Origin: Candidatus Latescibacterota bacterium
GTDB taxonomy: Bacteria; Latescibacterota; UBA2968; GCA-2709665
DNA length: 64,000 nt
Assembly: GCA_965222075.1 (NCBI GenBank)
Contig: OZ244937.1
Coordinates: forward strand, 2,368,001 to 2,432,000
Direction of reading: 5' to 3'
Part shown: piece by piece, positions 39,670 through 49,668 of the stretch
How the letters are laid out: every line of letters starts with the position of its first letter
Numbering within the stretch: the first letter of the stretch is position 1
Notes under the pieces: generated by a model
Told to the model about the DNA's origin: nothing
Database searches by the model: none
The model's input: only the letters and a program-made list of their open reading frames with translations
Position numbers and translations under genes: made by a program

Positions 39670-39767
39670 ACCTGAAACGAATCCATACCTACAATGCCGT
39701 CAACCTCAAGAAAGGCTACCCCCTTCTCGAGATTCGAACTCCCCGGGAGATTTCAGACGATGAGTAA
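39663..39767 (+). pseudogene. PIN toxin C-terminal remnant
   Basis: VNLKRIHTYNAVNLKKGYPLLEIRTPREI overlapping the next start. Confidence 0.65.
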
Positions 39768-39969
39768 GCCTTCTACCAAAATCTTCGATTGTGTCCGAAA
39801 TATGCGCCAGAATCGAGACAGGCTCAGTGCCGAGATTGCGGACATGAGCTACGACGAACTGGCGAAGTGGCTTCGAGTCCATCAGTATTCGGACCCTCTT
39901 CTCCAACGGCTGGCGGAGAAGGCTGCCCAACAAGCCGATGCAGCGGACCAGCCTGCGGCCGGTTTGTAA
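39760..39969 (+). CDS. Small putative antitoxin; 3' end runs into an attC-like site
   Basis: FDCVRNMRQNRDRLSAEIADMSYDE; tail AAQQADAAD is translated attC-like DNA. Confidence 0.65.
   Translation: MSKPSTKIFDCVRNMRQNRDRLSAEIADMSYDELAKWLRVHQYSDPLLQRLAEKAAQQADAADQPAAGL
39925..39962 (+). other. Left half of an integron attC-like site
   Basis: GCCCAAC (RYYYAAC) AAGCCGATGCAGCGGAC...; right half missing. Confidence 0.55.
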
Positions 39970-40074
39970 TTGGCTGACCCGTGCTCTACTTGATTGGCTG
40001 CGCTCACGAGTGAACGCTACTTCAAGAACTTTTCGGGATGAGAGAGCAGATAGATGATCACGCTGATTGAAGCC

Positions 40075-40147
40075 CTGGACGAGACGATCGAACAGTGATC
40101 TCCTGCGCCTGGCCGCGGCCCACGAATTCGAGCAGTTCAAGCGGTAA
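40075..40147 (+). repeat. 73-bp direct repeat of 39597-39669
   Basis: CTGGACG.GACGATCGAAC.GTGATCTCCTGCGCCTGG.CGCGGCCCACGAATTCGAGCA; about 8 mismatches. Confidence 0.9.
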
Positions 40148-40198
40148 TGGAGAAAACTCGATGGTCTCGCACGACGATCTTAAGGACGGCCTTATCTG

Positions 40199-41941
40199 AT
40201 GCTCACCAAACTCACCATCCGCAACTTCAAACGCTTCGGCGAGGTCGAGATCGAACTCGGGAGTCCTGTGGTCTTCATCGGCCCCAACAACTCCGGGAAG
40301 ACCTCCGCGATGCAGGCGCTTGCCCTCTGGGACATCGGTCTCAAGCGCTGGAACGAGAAGCGATCCGGGAAAAGCACGCCCGAGAAGCGTCCCGGCGTCA
40401 CCGTCAACCGCCGCGACCTCGTGGCCATTCCGATTCCGAACGCGAATCTCCTGTGGCGCGGACTGCACGTGCGGGACGTGCGCAAGGTCGACGGAAAGCA
40501 GCGCACCAGCAACATCCGTATCGACATCATCGTCGAGGGAGTGACGAAGGGCCGGCACTGGACCTGCGGGCTGGAGTTCGACTACGCGAACGATGAATCC
40601 TTCTACTGCCGACCGCTTCGTCTGTCAGATAACAAGACCCCCGACCGCATGCCGATCCCTGATGAAGCGGGAAGTACCCGAATTGCCTTCCTGCCGCCGA
40701 TGTCGGGTCTTGCGGCCACGGAAACGCGGCTTGATGACGGGGCCGTCAACGTACGGATCGGAGAGGGACGCACGGCCGAAGTGTTGCGCAACCTCTGCTT
40801 TCGGATTCACGAAGAAGACGCATCACAGTGGAACAGGCTCGTCAAGCAGATCAAAAGCCTGTTCGGGTCCGAACTCCGTCCGCCGCGCTACATTGCCGAG
40901 CGCGGCGAGATCGCGATGACCTACCGTGAGCATGGCGCTGAACTTGACCTGTCGTCATCCGGGCGGGGTCTGCAGCAGACCCTGCTCCTTCTGGCGTACA
41001 TGTACGCCAATCCCGGCGCCGTCCTGCTCCTGGACGAACCGGACGCGCACCTGGAGATTCTCCGCCAGCGCCAGATCTACCGCCTGCTCACCGACGTGGC
41101 GCGCGCAAGCGGCAGCCAGATCATTGCCGCCAGTCATTCCGAAGTGCTGCTCAACGAGGCCGCAGGCCGGGACCTGGTCGTCGCCTTCGTCGGCCGGCCG
41201 CACCGCATTGACGACCGCGGCAGTCAGGTCCTGAAGGCGCTCAATGAGATCGGGTTCGACCAGTACTATCAGGCCGAACAGACCGGCTGGGTGCTCTACC
41301 TGGAGGGTCCGACGGACCTGTGGATGCTGCAAGCCTTTGCCAGGCGACTGGGACACGAACGCGCGGTCCAGGCGCTTGAGCGGCCATTCGTGAAATACGT
41401 GCAGAACCAGCCGACGGCGGTTCAGCGCCATTACCACGGCCTGCGGGAAGCTCTCCCCATGCTTCGCGGAGTCGCCCTCTTCGATCGCCTCGAATCGGAG
41501 CCACTCGACATCACCCCGGTCGAGTGTTTGACGTGGAAGCGTCGAGAAATCGAAAACTACGTCTGCTCGCGAGCCACACTGGAAGCGTACGTGACGGCGT
41601 CAGCGAAGGACGCCGCGCCGGGATCGCTGTTCACAGCAGCTGAAGTGAGGAAGCGTCAGAACGCCATGCCCAAAGCTATCGAAGAAGTAGAGTCAGCGCT
41701 GAAGACGCTCGGCAAGGGCTCTCCCTGGAGTGCTGACATCAAAGCCAGCGACGATTTTCTGGTCCCGCTCTTCGAAGCTTACTTCCAGAAGCTCGACCTG
41801 CCGAACCTGATGGCCAAGAAGAAGTTCTACGAACTGGCCGAGTACGTCCCCGGCAGCGAGATCGATCCCGAGATTCGCGAAAAACTGGACGCGATCGCGC
41901 GGGTCGCGGAGAGCGCGACATCCGTGGGAGACCATAAGTGA
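40199..41941 (+). CDS. OLD-like ABC ATPase + TOPRIM nuclease (putative defence)
   Basis: GPNNSGKT, LLLDEPDAHL, ASHS, YLEGPTD, LFD, RREIENY. Confidence 0.8.
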   Translation: MLTKLTIRNFKRFGEVEIELGSPVVFIGPNNSGKTSAMQALALWDIGLKRWNEKRSGKSTPEKRPGVTVNRRDLVAIPIPNANLLWRGLHVRDVRKVDGKQRTSNIRIDIIVEGVTKGRHWTCGLEFDYANDESFYCRPLRLSDNKTPDRMPIPDEAGSTRIAFLPPMSGLAATETRLDDGAVNVRIGEGRTAEVLRNLCFRIHEEDASQWNRLVKQIKSLFGSELRPPRYIAERGEIAMTYREHGAELDLSSSGRGLQQTLLLLAYMYANPGAVLLLDEPDAHLEILRQRQIYRLLTDVARASGSQIIAASHSEVLLNEAAGRDLVVAFVGRPHRIDDRGSQVLKALNEIGFDQYYQAEQTGWVLYLEGPTDLWMLQAFARRLGHERAVQALERPFVKYVQNQPTAVQRHYHGLREALPMLRGVALFDRLESEPLDITPVECLTWKRREIENYVCSRATLEAYVTASAKDAAPGSLFTAAEVRKRQNAMPKAIEEVESALKTLGKGSPWSADIKASDDFLVPLFEAYFQKLDLPNLMAKKKFYELAEYVPGSEIDPEIREKLDAIARVAESATSVGDHK

Positions 41942-42862
41942 ACCTGACCGCCCTTCGTATCGCCAACTTTAAGGCCTTCGCCGGTTCCCAGCGCGTGCCG
42001 CTACGGCCAATCACGCTGATCTACGGTGCCAACAGCGCCGGCAAGTCGAGCGTGCTACACGCCCTGGCGCTCGCCCACCATGCCATCGAGACAGGGGATC
42101 TCGACACACATCGGACCCAGATCGGCGGGGAAGCCATTGATCTCGGTGGTTTCCGGCAGTACGTACATCGGCGCGAGCGAGGCCGCCAGGTCGAGCTTGG
42201 CCTCGAGTTCGATCCGAGGCACCTCACCGGACGCGTCGCGGAGCTTCTGGGCGCGTCGCGCAAGATCGAGGTAGAGCTGGCAATTGGAGAGGGAATCACG
42301 AGCGATCAGCAGACACTGTTCGGGGACCGGGCGCGCGTGCTCGAACGGGAGGGCGGTGCACGTCTGGAGCGCTTCGCACTGGAAGTGGACGGCGCGCTCC
42401 TACTCTCGATGAGCGTGCGAGCAGGCGGACTCTTGCGCCTGGATCGGCTCGACCATAGCCATCCAGTCTTTCGCGAGCTGTTTCGCGCGCTCTTGACGCG
42501 GTCGACGACCATTCAGGAAGTACGCGACGAAGACTCCGTTACCCCCGGCGAAGTGCTCGACGAGCTGGTCCCCATCGTTGCCGCCAGGAGACGCGGCCTC
42601 TTCCCCCGAATTGAAGAGGAGTCCGAAGGTAGCGAGGTGGACGGTGAGACATGGGCGTTCCGTCGGAAGGAACGCTGTAGAAATGGCAGAGGTCGTGGCA
42701 TCTATGCTCAAGTGCAGCTCGGTTGTGATTTTCATTGACCCCCATTTTGGACCCGAGCGCCCGCGTTATCGGCGCCCATTCGAAGCGTTCCTGGAGCGAA
42801 TGGTGAGCCAGCGTCCCGGCGGTACACCAAAGCGCATAAAGGTGATTCTATCGAGGTGTTAG
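41938..42862 (+). pseudogene. Truncated AAA_15-like ATPase joined to a fragment of a downstream gene
   Basis: NFKAF...GANSAGKSS but no Walker B; after ~42650 another frame reads MLKCSSVVIFIDPHFG. Confidence 0.65.
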
Positions 42863-43150
42863 GAACGAGAAAGTTGTCCACGCCGTCGTAGCCGCCCCTA
42901 CGGCGCTAAAACCGGTCCAAACGATTAAAAACCATCGAGTCTGCTACGAGGGTCCCCCGGTTGAAGTCAGCCTCGGAGCCGGGTTGCCTGTCAATGGCGA
43001 TAAAGCCGAGGTTGGGGATGGCCCAACATATCGCGCTTGAGGCGCAGAACCGTGAAGTCGGTTAGATCTTGCGAAAGGCACTCTCTGTCAACCACACCAA
43101 ATTCGGTAACGTGCTAACCAAAGTTGCCAGTTTTTAAAAAAAGAAAAACC

Positions 43151-44410
43151 ATGGCTGATTCCAAAAAACCTGATGATACCTTTCGCGTCTTGCACACTGC
43201 CGATTGGCATTTGGGAAAAACACTGAATGATCAATCGAGGGATAAAGAACACGTGCTGTTCCTCAACTGGCTGCTCAAAATTATCGACGAATGTACAGTC
43301 GATGTACTGGTCATTGCAGGCGATGTGTTCGACGCCGCAAACCCGCCACAATTGGCACAGTCCCGATATTACGATTTTGTTTCTCAACTTTACAAAAACA
43401 CTAAATGTTCACTCATCGTCACTGCAGGCAACCACGATTCGCCATTACAATTAGAAGCACCGCGCCAGGTGTTGCAGGCACTCGGCGATCATGTCGTGGG
43501 TTTCTTGTCCGAAGACACCGCATCTCGCCTTATCGTCTTGCCTTCACCTGAAAATCCACGCCTTGTCATCGCAGCTATTCCCTTTTTGCGAGACAGAGAT
43601 CTCAGAACAGGCTACGCTGGTCAGGATGCAAAAGATATTCAACAAGCGCTCATTGCTGGCATCACACAGCGTTATGCAGAGACCGCCGAAGCAGCAGCCA
43701 AATGGTCTGAAAAAGGTGTACCGATATTGGCAACAGGCCACCTCACTGTCATGGGTGCCTCAAAATCGGATAGCGAAAGAGAAATCCATATCGGTGGTCT
43801 TGGTGCTGTTAGTGCAGACGTATTTCCCGATATCTTTTCTTATGTCGCCCTGGGACATCTACACCGGCCACAAAAACCATATAACCACGTATGTTATTCC
43901 GGATCTCCCATTGCGTTGAGCTTTAGCGAAGCAAATGATACCAAAGAAATCCAAATGCTCGATTTTGCAGACGGCACCTTAAAAGCACAAACGTCAATCC
44001 CTGTGCCAGTATTCCGCAGATTGGCGCAGATTCGCACATCGTGGGACGACCTATCGGAAGCCATCAGCAATTTTAATCCGGACACTGGCGAACTGGAAAC
44101 CTGGGTCGAGGTCGTTGTCAAAGATGCGAGCTTTAGTGAGGATATCAACGAGACAGTACAGAGTTTGGTGGCAGAGCTGGATTTTACGGTGCTAAAAGTA
44201 ATGAGAGAAAGTGCGACTCCGCCACCGGGTATGCGTATTGGGGACTATTCAGATGACGAAGCCATTGAAACACTTCTCGATGATCCCAAACAGGTATTCG
44301 AGCACCGACTGGAAGAAAAATCCGATATAAACGAAGAACATAAACAGGAACTTAAAATTGCTTTTGCTCAGCTACTCGATCTCCACCAGACGGAGAGCAC
44401 GGACACATGA
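43151..44410 (+). CDS. sbcD: Exonuclease SbcCD subunit D
   Basis: HTADWHLG, AGDVFD, AGNHDS, GHL, ALGHLH, YSGSP. Confidence 0.95.
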   Translation: MADSKKPDDTFRVLHTADWHLGKTLNDQSRDKEHVLFLNWLLKIIDECTVDVLVIAGDVFDAANPPQLAQSRYYDFVSQLYKNTKCSLIVTAGNHDSPLQLEAPRQVLQALGDHVVGFLSEDTASRLIVLPSPENPRLVIAAIPFLRDRDLRTGYAGQDAKDIQQALIAGITQRYAETAEAAAKWSEKGVPILATGHLTVMGASKSDSEREIHIGGLGAVSADVFPDIFSYVALGHLHRPQKPYNHVCYSGSPIALSFSEANDTKEIQMLDFADGTLKAQTSIPVPVFRRLAQIRTSWDDLSEAISNFNPDTGELETWVEVVVKDASFSEDINETVQSLVAELDFTVLKVMRESATPPPGMRIGDYSDDEAIETLLDDPKQVFEHRLEEKSDINEEHKQELKIAFAQLLDLHQTESTDT

Positions 44411-47334
44411 AAATCGATCGAATCATTCTCAATAATCTGAATTCTCTACGCGGCAAACACATCATTGATCTGACCGCTGAACCGCTGTCAAACGCAGGCC
44501 TGTTTGCAATTACGGGACCGACGGGCGCCGGCAAGTCAACATTGCTCGATGCCATTACCCTTGCCCTTTACGGTCGTGCTGCTCGTTATGGCAACCAGCC
44601 TAATCCTGAAAACATCATGAGTCGTCGTTGTGGTGAATGCTCTGCCGAAGTTGAATTTGAAGTTCCCAAGGGTAAGTACAGGGCCGTTTGGCAACTGAGA
44701 CGCGCACGAGGCAAAGCAAATGGCAGAATCCAGCCACCAAGACGTTATATATACGATAATGGCACTACGCTCGCACAGCAAGTGCGTGAGTGCGACGAGC
44801 TGGTTGTCGAACTGATAGGACTTGATTACGACCGTTTTGTAAGAAGTGTCATGCTCGCACAGGGTGAGTTTGCACGATTTTTAAAAGCCGACGCAAATGA
44901 ACGTGCAGGACTTCTAGAATGTCTTACGGGAACAGCTATCTATTCAGACTTGAGCATCCTTGCCCACAAGGAAGCGACACGCCGTGAGAATGATCTCATG
45001 ATCAAACAGCAAGCACTCGAACAAATCGAGATCCTTAAAGATGAAGAGCGCCAAGAAGTCGAGGATCATATCGCCGGGTTAAATAAAGAAAAACATGTGT
45101 TGGAAAAAGACCTCGATGAAAAATCGGAAATTGCCGTAAACATCGATAAACTCGAATCGGCATTAACGCAAAAGACAGAAATAACTGAAAATTTGGAAGT
45201 TTTGGAAGCAAGCCGCAAAGATGCCGAACCCGATTTGAAACTCCTCAAAAGACACCGGGAGACGACACCCTTCAGGGATGATCTTATCCACCTCCAAAAT
45301 GCGGAAGATACGGCGTATAGCTGCGAAGAGAAGAGACAAGCAGCACAGGATGAGCGCGACGAAGGATATGAACAATGCCAGCAGGCAAAATTGAACTATT
45401 ACAGAATCTTGAAAAATGAAATCGCCGAACAAGAATTGACAATCCAGGATGTCAAAGCTCGTGCGCGTAAAGCCAATGAAATACTTAAAGTAGAAAAAGA
45501 GTGGCTGGAAGCCCACCAGATAGATGCCGACCTTTCAGACCACATCACAGACCTGGCAGCTAATCTGACAGAATTAAGATCCAGACGCGCAACGCTCAAG
45601 CGGGAATGGGAACAGGTATGCGACATAACATCAGTATTGGCATCTGGCGCGATAGAACCGTTGCTACTTGAAAATACAGAAGAAGAAGAGCTAAAAACGA
45701 TCCTTAATACGATTGCAGAAAGACTTGCGGAAGAACATAAAAGTGCCGAAGATGAGCGCACTTCTGCCGAAAAAGATCTCGGTCTTCGCAAGGATCATCT
45801 ACAGAAAGCCCAATCGATCGCAAACCACGATACACATCGCGCTTCCCTTGTAAAAGGTGAACCATGTCCGCTTTGCGGCGCAACCGAGCATCCTTATGCA
45901 GAAGGCCAGGAGCCGAGTTTTCCATTTGAAGACCTGGAAGCGGAGGTCGCCAGAGCGGAGGCAACGCGCAACGCCAGGACCGATCGCGTTTCAAAACTCT
46001 CCGAAGCATTCAAGAAATTGACATCTCAACAATCTGTTGCTATAAAAGCACATCAAGATTTGACAGAATACGAAGCAGAGCTTCTTGACAGCCTTGGTGT
46101 TTTTGAGGTTGCATTGCCAGAGGAAGGTAAAGAGGAAGAAACGCGAAAATCCCTTCAAGACCGCGAAAAGGCGTATCAAACACATCGGGAAATTTGCGAC
46201 GACGCAGAGCAAGCGGTCGAAGGAGCCAAAGACGATAAAAACAACGCACATATCTTGCTTGAGAAACGGACACTTGATCTTCAACAACTCGAAGATATTG
46301 AAACAGAAGATGTTGAGATAGAGGGCGATGTGGCTGAACGGCTGAGTGTAGAGGAAGCAGAGCAGGATTGGTCGGACAAAAAGACCACATTGGAAATTCA
46401 AGAGGCTGAACTCAACGCTCGACTACAGGACACAAAAACCGCGCAAAAATCACTGCAAGAAATTCAAGAACGCCTCATATCTGCCCTGGAAGAATCCGAT
46501 TTCCAAGATCTGGACGATCTGCGTGCGGCAAAATTGAGTCAAGAAAAAGCCGGCCGTATAGAACAAATCGAAACCGATCTTCAAAACAAAGAACATGATC
46601 TAACCACCCGGTTAAGCATTGCAGAAGAAGAAATCGAATCCCTTCGAGAAGCCGAAATTCCAGAAGGAGATGAGGCAGAACAGTTCAAAGCAGAACATGA
46701 AAAATTACAAGATGATCGAGATATACTCATCGAAAAGCTTACAACTCGGCAAAATCAGGTTGAAGTGGACGACAAAAACCGCCTGAAACTCGCTAAACAG
46801 CAGAAATTATTGGAAGAAGCACAAAAAGAAGTGGCCATCTGGAACCGTTTGCGTGTGTTGATCGGCTCTCACGACGGCGCAAAATTTCGAAAATATGCAC
46901 AAAGTATTTCTCTGGATATACTCATTCGCCACGCTAACCAGCATCTGATCCGGTTGAGTGATCGTTACCGAATTCAGAGGCGTACAGAGGAAGAACTCCA
47001 GCTTGAAATCGAAGATTTGCACCAGGCGGGAGTCACACGGCCTATGGCCAGCCTTTCCGGCGGCGAAAGCTTTCTTGCCAGCCTGGCGCTTGCCCTTGGC
47101 CTCTCTGAATTGGCTGGGAGAAATGTGCGTATTGAATCGCTCTTTATCGATGAAGGGTTTGGCAGCCTGGATTCAGAAGTTCTCGATCTCGCCATTGGAA
47201 CCCTTGAAGGATTGCATCAGGATAACAAAAGTGTGGGCGTGATCTCACATGTCGAACTTCTAAAGCAGCGTATCGCAACGCAGATCAGAGTGATAAAACA
47301 AACGGCCGGCAACAGCATATTGAAAATCGTCTGA
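44407..47334 (+). CDS. sbcC: Exonuclease SbcCD subunit C
   Basis: GPTGAGKS, LAQGEF, CPLCG Zn hook, LSGGE, FIDEGFG, ISHV. Confidence 0.95.
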   Translation: MKIDRIILNNLNSLRGKHIIDLTAEPLSNAGLFAITGPTGAGKSTLLDAITLALYGRAARYGNQPNPENIMSRRCGECSAEVEFEVPKGKYRAVWQLRRARGKANGRIQPPRRYIYDNGTTLAQQVRECDELVVELIGLDYDRFVRSVMLAQGEFARFLKADANERAGLLECLTGTAIYSDLSILAHKEATRRENDLMIKQQALEQIEILKDEERQEVEDHIAGLNKEKHVLEKDLDEKSEIAVNIDKLESALTQKTEITENLEVLEASRKDAEPDLKLLKRHRETTPFRDDLIHLQNAEDTAYSCEEKRQAAQDERDEGYEQCQQAKLNYYRILKNEIAEQELTIQDVKARARKANEILKVEKEWLEAHQIDADLSDHITDLAANLTELRSRRATLKREWEQVCDITSVLASGAIEPLLLENTEEEELKTILNTIAERLAEEHKSAEDERTSAEKDLGLRKDHLQKAQSIANHDTHRASLVKGEPCPLCGATEHPYAEGQEPSFPFEDLEAEVARAEATRNARTDRVSKLSEAFKKLTSQQSVAIKAHQDLTEYEAELLDSLGVFEVALPEEGKEEETRKSLQDREKAYQTHREICDDAEQAVEGAKDDKNNAHILLEKRTLDLQQLEDIETEDVEIEGDVAERLSVEEAEQDWSDKKTTLEIQEAELNARLQDTKTAQKSLQEIQERLISALEESDFQDLDDLRAAKLSQEKAGRIEQIETDLQNKEHDLTTRLSIAEEEIESLREAEIPEGDEAEQFKAEHEKLQDDRDILIEKLTTRQNQVEVDDKNRLKLAKQQKLLEEAQKEVAIWNRLRVLIGSHDGAKFRKYAQSISLDILIRHANQHLIRLSDRYRIQRRTEEELQLEIEDLHQAGVTRPMASLSGGESFLASLALALGLSELAGRNVRIESLFIDEGFGSLDSEVLDLAIGTLEGLHQDNKSVGVISHVELLKQRIATQIRVIKQTAGNSILKIV

Positions 47335-47497
47335 CGCTCAACCTGGTTTCACTCAGTCTGTAGCGTATGCCGTGGCTTTGCCACCCCACGAGCCCGCCTG
47401 ATGCCTAACATTGCGCATGCGAGCGTCAGACCGTCTCAAGACAGGCTCAAAACGGCGCTTCGGCTCGCGGGTCGTCGTTAATTGAACTACGCCGTGC

Positions 47498-47536
47498 TTG
47501 ACTTTATCGCCTTACTTATTTAAGTTTTTTGTAAGG
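47498..47536 (+). promoter_or_regulatory. TA promoter/operator
   Basis: TTGACT-17 nt-TAAGTT overlapped by inverted repeat CCTTAC...GTAAGG. Confidence 0.55.
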
Positions 47537-47544
47537 AGAAACGC

Positions 47545-47787
47545 ATGATCGTCAAGATTACGTCAAAGCGCCAGGTCACCTTCCCCGCACGGGTGCTGGA
47601 TGCGCTGGGGGTACGGCCTGGCGACCAGCTTGAGCTGGAAGAAGGCCCCGACGGCTTTATTCTGCGGCCGCGGCGAATCGATCCCAACCGGCTTGCGCCG
47701 TTGCGCGCCAAGCTTCAACGTGGACGCGGCGGGTTCAATCTCAAGTCGTTCCGCGAGCAACCCTATGACCCGACGCTTCGGGATTGA
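47545..47787 (+). CDS. AbrB/MazE-type antitoxin (orphan)
   Basis: KITSKRQVTFP...LGVRPGD; followed only by a VapC stub MTRRFGIDTSVLV (47765-47803). Confidence 0.88.
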   Translation: MIVKITSKRQVTFPARVLDALGVRPGDQLELEEGPDGFILRPRRIDPNRLAPLRAKLQRGRGGFNLKSFREQPYDPTLRD

Positions 47788-47850
47788 TACGTCCGTACTC
47801 GTCAAAAAATCCTTTCCTCCCACGTCCCCTCCTGCCCGATCCCCCTGGTT

Positions 47851-49668
47851 CTACGTTTTATACCATCCTGCCTGCAAGGCCCACATGCGGGCGTACTCTC
47901 CGCCACGAGAGATCAGCTCGTCGTGGGTTCCGTTCTCGATCAGCCGTCCCTCCTTCAGAACGAGGATCCGGTCGCACAGCCGCGCCGAGCCCAGACGGTG
48001 GGAGACCACGATCGTGGTACGCCCGCCGGCCATGGTGAGAAAGCGGCGGAACACGTCGGCCTCTGCCTGCGGGTCCAGGGAGGCGGTCGGCTCGTCGAGG
48101 ACGACGAGGTCGGCCTCGCGCATGAAACCCCTGGAGATGGCCACACGCTGCCACTCGCCGCCGGACAGCTCCGTGCCCCCTTCGAACTCCCGGGTGAGCA
48201 GGGTGTCGTAGCCCTCCGGTAGCCGGCGGGCAACGGCGTCGGCCCCGCCCTGGCGCGCCGCTCGCTCGATTCCGCGCCGGTCTTCCATCCTCTCGCTACG
48301 GCCGAAGCCGATGTTCTCGCCGAGGGTGAAGGCGAAGCGTGTGTAATCCTGAAAGACCGCAGCCGACCGATCCCACAGCTGGTCGCGGTTCGCCCGTCGC
48401 GCATCAAGATCGCCGTACCTCAGCTCCCCGGCGGTGGGACGGAACAGCCCCAGCAGGACCTTGACGAGGGTCGTCTTTCCGGAGCCGTTGGGGCCGACCA
48501 GGGCCACGCGTTCGCCGGGCTGGATGGTGACCGTGATTTCCTCGATGGCGGGGCGGTCCGCCTGTGGATAGCGGAACGAGAGGTCGTACACGGCGATCGG
48601 CGTCCTGTCGAGGGCGCCGAGGGTCTCTCCCTCGGGCGGCTCTTCAGGGCCCAGATCCAGGTAGATGAACAGGTCGGCGATGTTCAGCAGCTGGATGGAC
48701 AGGAAGCTCATGCGGTTGACGAGGTGGTAGACGCCGAATCGGACCTGGCGGAGGGCGACGATCATGGCGGCGAACTGCCCGGCCGACAGCCCGCCGTCAA
48801 GAACCGCCCACGCCGACCAGCCGACGCCGGCGGCCAGCCCCAGGAGGCCGAGGGCCGACAGGCAACCGCCGATGGCGCAGTGCCTGCGACGCTGCCGGTA
48901 GAGAGCGTCGGCGACCCGCCAGTAGAGGTGCTCCCACCATCCGATCAGGGCGGGTCCCAGGCCGAACACCCGCACCTCCTTGGCGCCGTCCCGCCCCGTC
49001 AGCGTCCTCTCCAGGTACCCACGTAGCCGCTGCGATTGCGTCTGCCGACGTTGCAGGTAGAACTCGTGCAGGTTGTGGATCATGCCCGCGAGGGGCGGCG
49101 GCAGCGACACAAGAATGATCGCCACGAGCAGGACCGGGTCCCAGAGCCCGACGACGACGCCCACTGAGACCACGGTCAGCGATCCGGTGATGATCGTGTA
49201 AATCGCGAAGAGAATGTTGAGGAAGAAGCCGGGCGTTGCGGCCACCTGGGCACGGCGCAGGAGGTCGTGGAAATCGGCCCGCTCGAAGACCTCGAGGCAG
49301 AGGGATCGGGACTTGACCTGGAGCTGCTCCAGGAGCCGGTCCTCCATCTCCTGCTTCAGCCGCTCGAGCAGGATGGTGCGCGACCACGTCTGGAGGCCGG
49401 TCTCGGCGAGGGTCAGCGCCGCCCACAGGGCCAGCCACGGGAGCATGGCATGGAAAGAAAGCCGGCCCTCGTACACGTCGAGGCCCCGGTCGAAGAGGGC
49501 CCGCACGACCCAGATCATCGCGGCCGGCAGCAGGCCGGCCGTGAACTCCAGGGCCAGCGAGGCAATGGCCCGGCGGGGGTCGGTGCGGATCATCCAGCCC
49601 AGGAAGCGGAGGAGGGTCCGCGGCGCGGGCGGGCGCTCGAGGATCGGGTCGGGCGCTACCGGTACCAC
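47851..49668 (-). CDS. ABC exporter, fused permease/ATPase
   Basis: TM domain, GPNGSGKT, LSGGEWQR, LDEPT; GTG 49668 with GGAGG overlaps the upstream stop. Confidence 0.9.
   Translation of the reverse strand: MVPVAPDPILERPPAPRTLLRFLGWMIRTDPRRAIASLALEFTAGLLPAAMIWVVRALFDRGLDVYEGRLSFHAMLPWLALWAALTLAETGLQTWSRTILLERLKQEMEDRLLEQLQVKSRSLCLEVFERADFHDLLRRAQVAATPGFFLNILFAIYTIITGSLTVVSVGVVVGLWDPVLLVAIILVSLPPPLAGMIHNLHEFYLQRRQTQSQRLRGYLERTLTGRDGAKEVRVFGLGPALIGWWEHLYWRVADALYRQRRRHCAIGGCLSALGLLGLAAGVGWSAWAVLDGGLSAGQFAAMIVALRQVRFGVYHLVNRMSFLSIQLLNIADLFIYLDLGPEEPPEGETLGALDRTPIAVYDLSFRYPQADRPAIEEITVTIQPGERVALVGPNGSGKTTLVKVLLGLFRPTAGELRYGDLDARRANRDQLWDRSAAVFQDYTRFAFTLGENIGFGRSERMEDRRGIERAARQGGADAVARRLPEGYDTLLTREFEGGTELSGGEWQRVAISRGFMREADLVVLDEPTASLDPQAEADVFRRFLTMAGGRTTIVVSHRLGSARLCDRILVLKEGRLIENGTHDELISRGGEYARMWALQAGWYKT

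Noticed and set aside
40199-42738. Gabija, PARIS or retron system call
   Set aside because: No UvrD helicase, separate AriB-like partner or reverse transcriptase nearby
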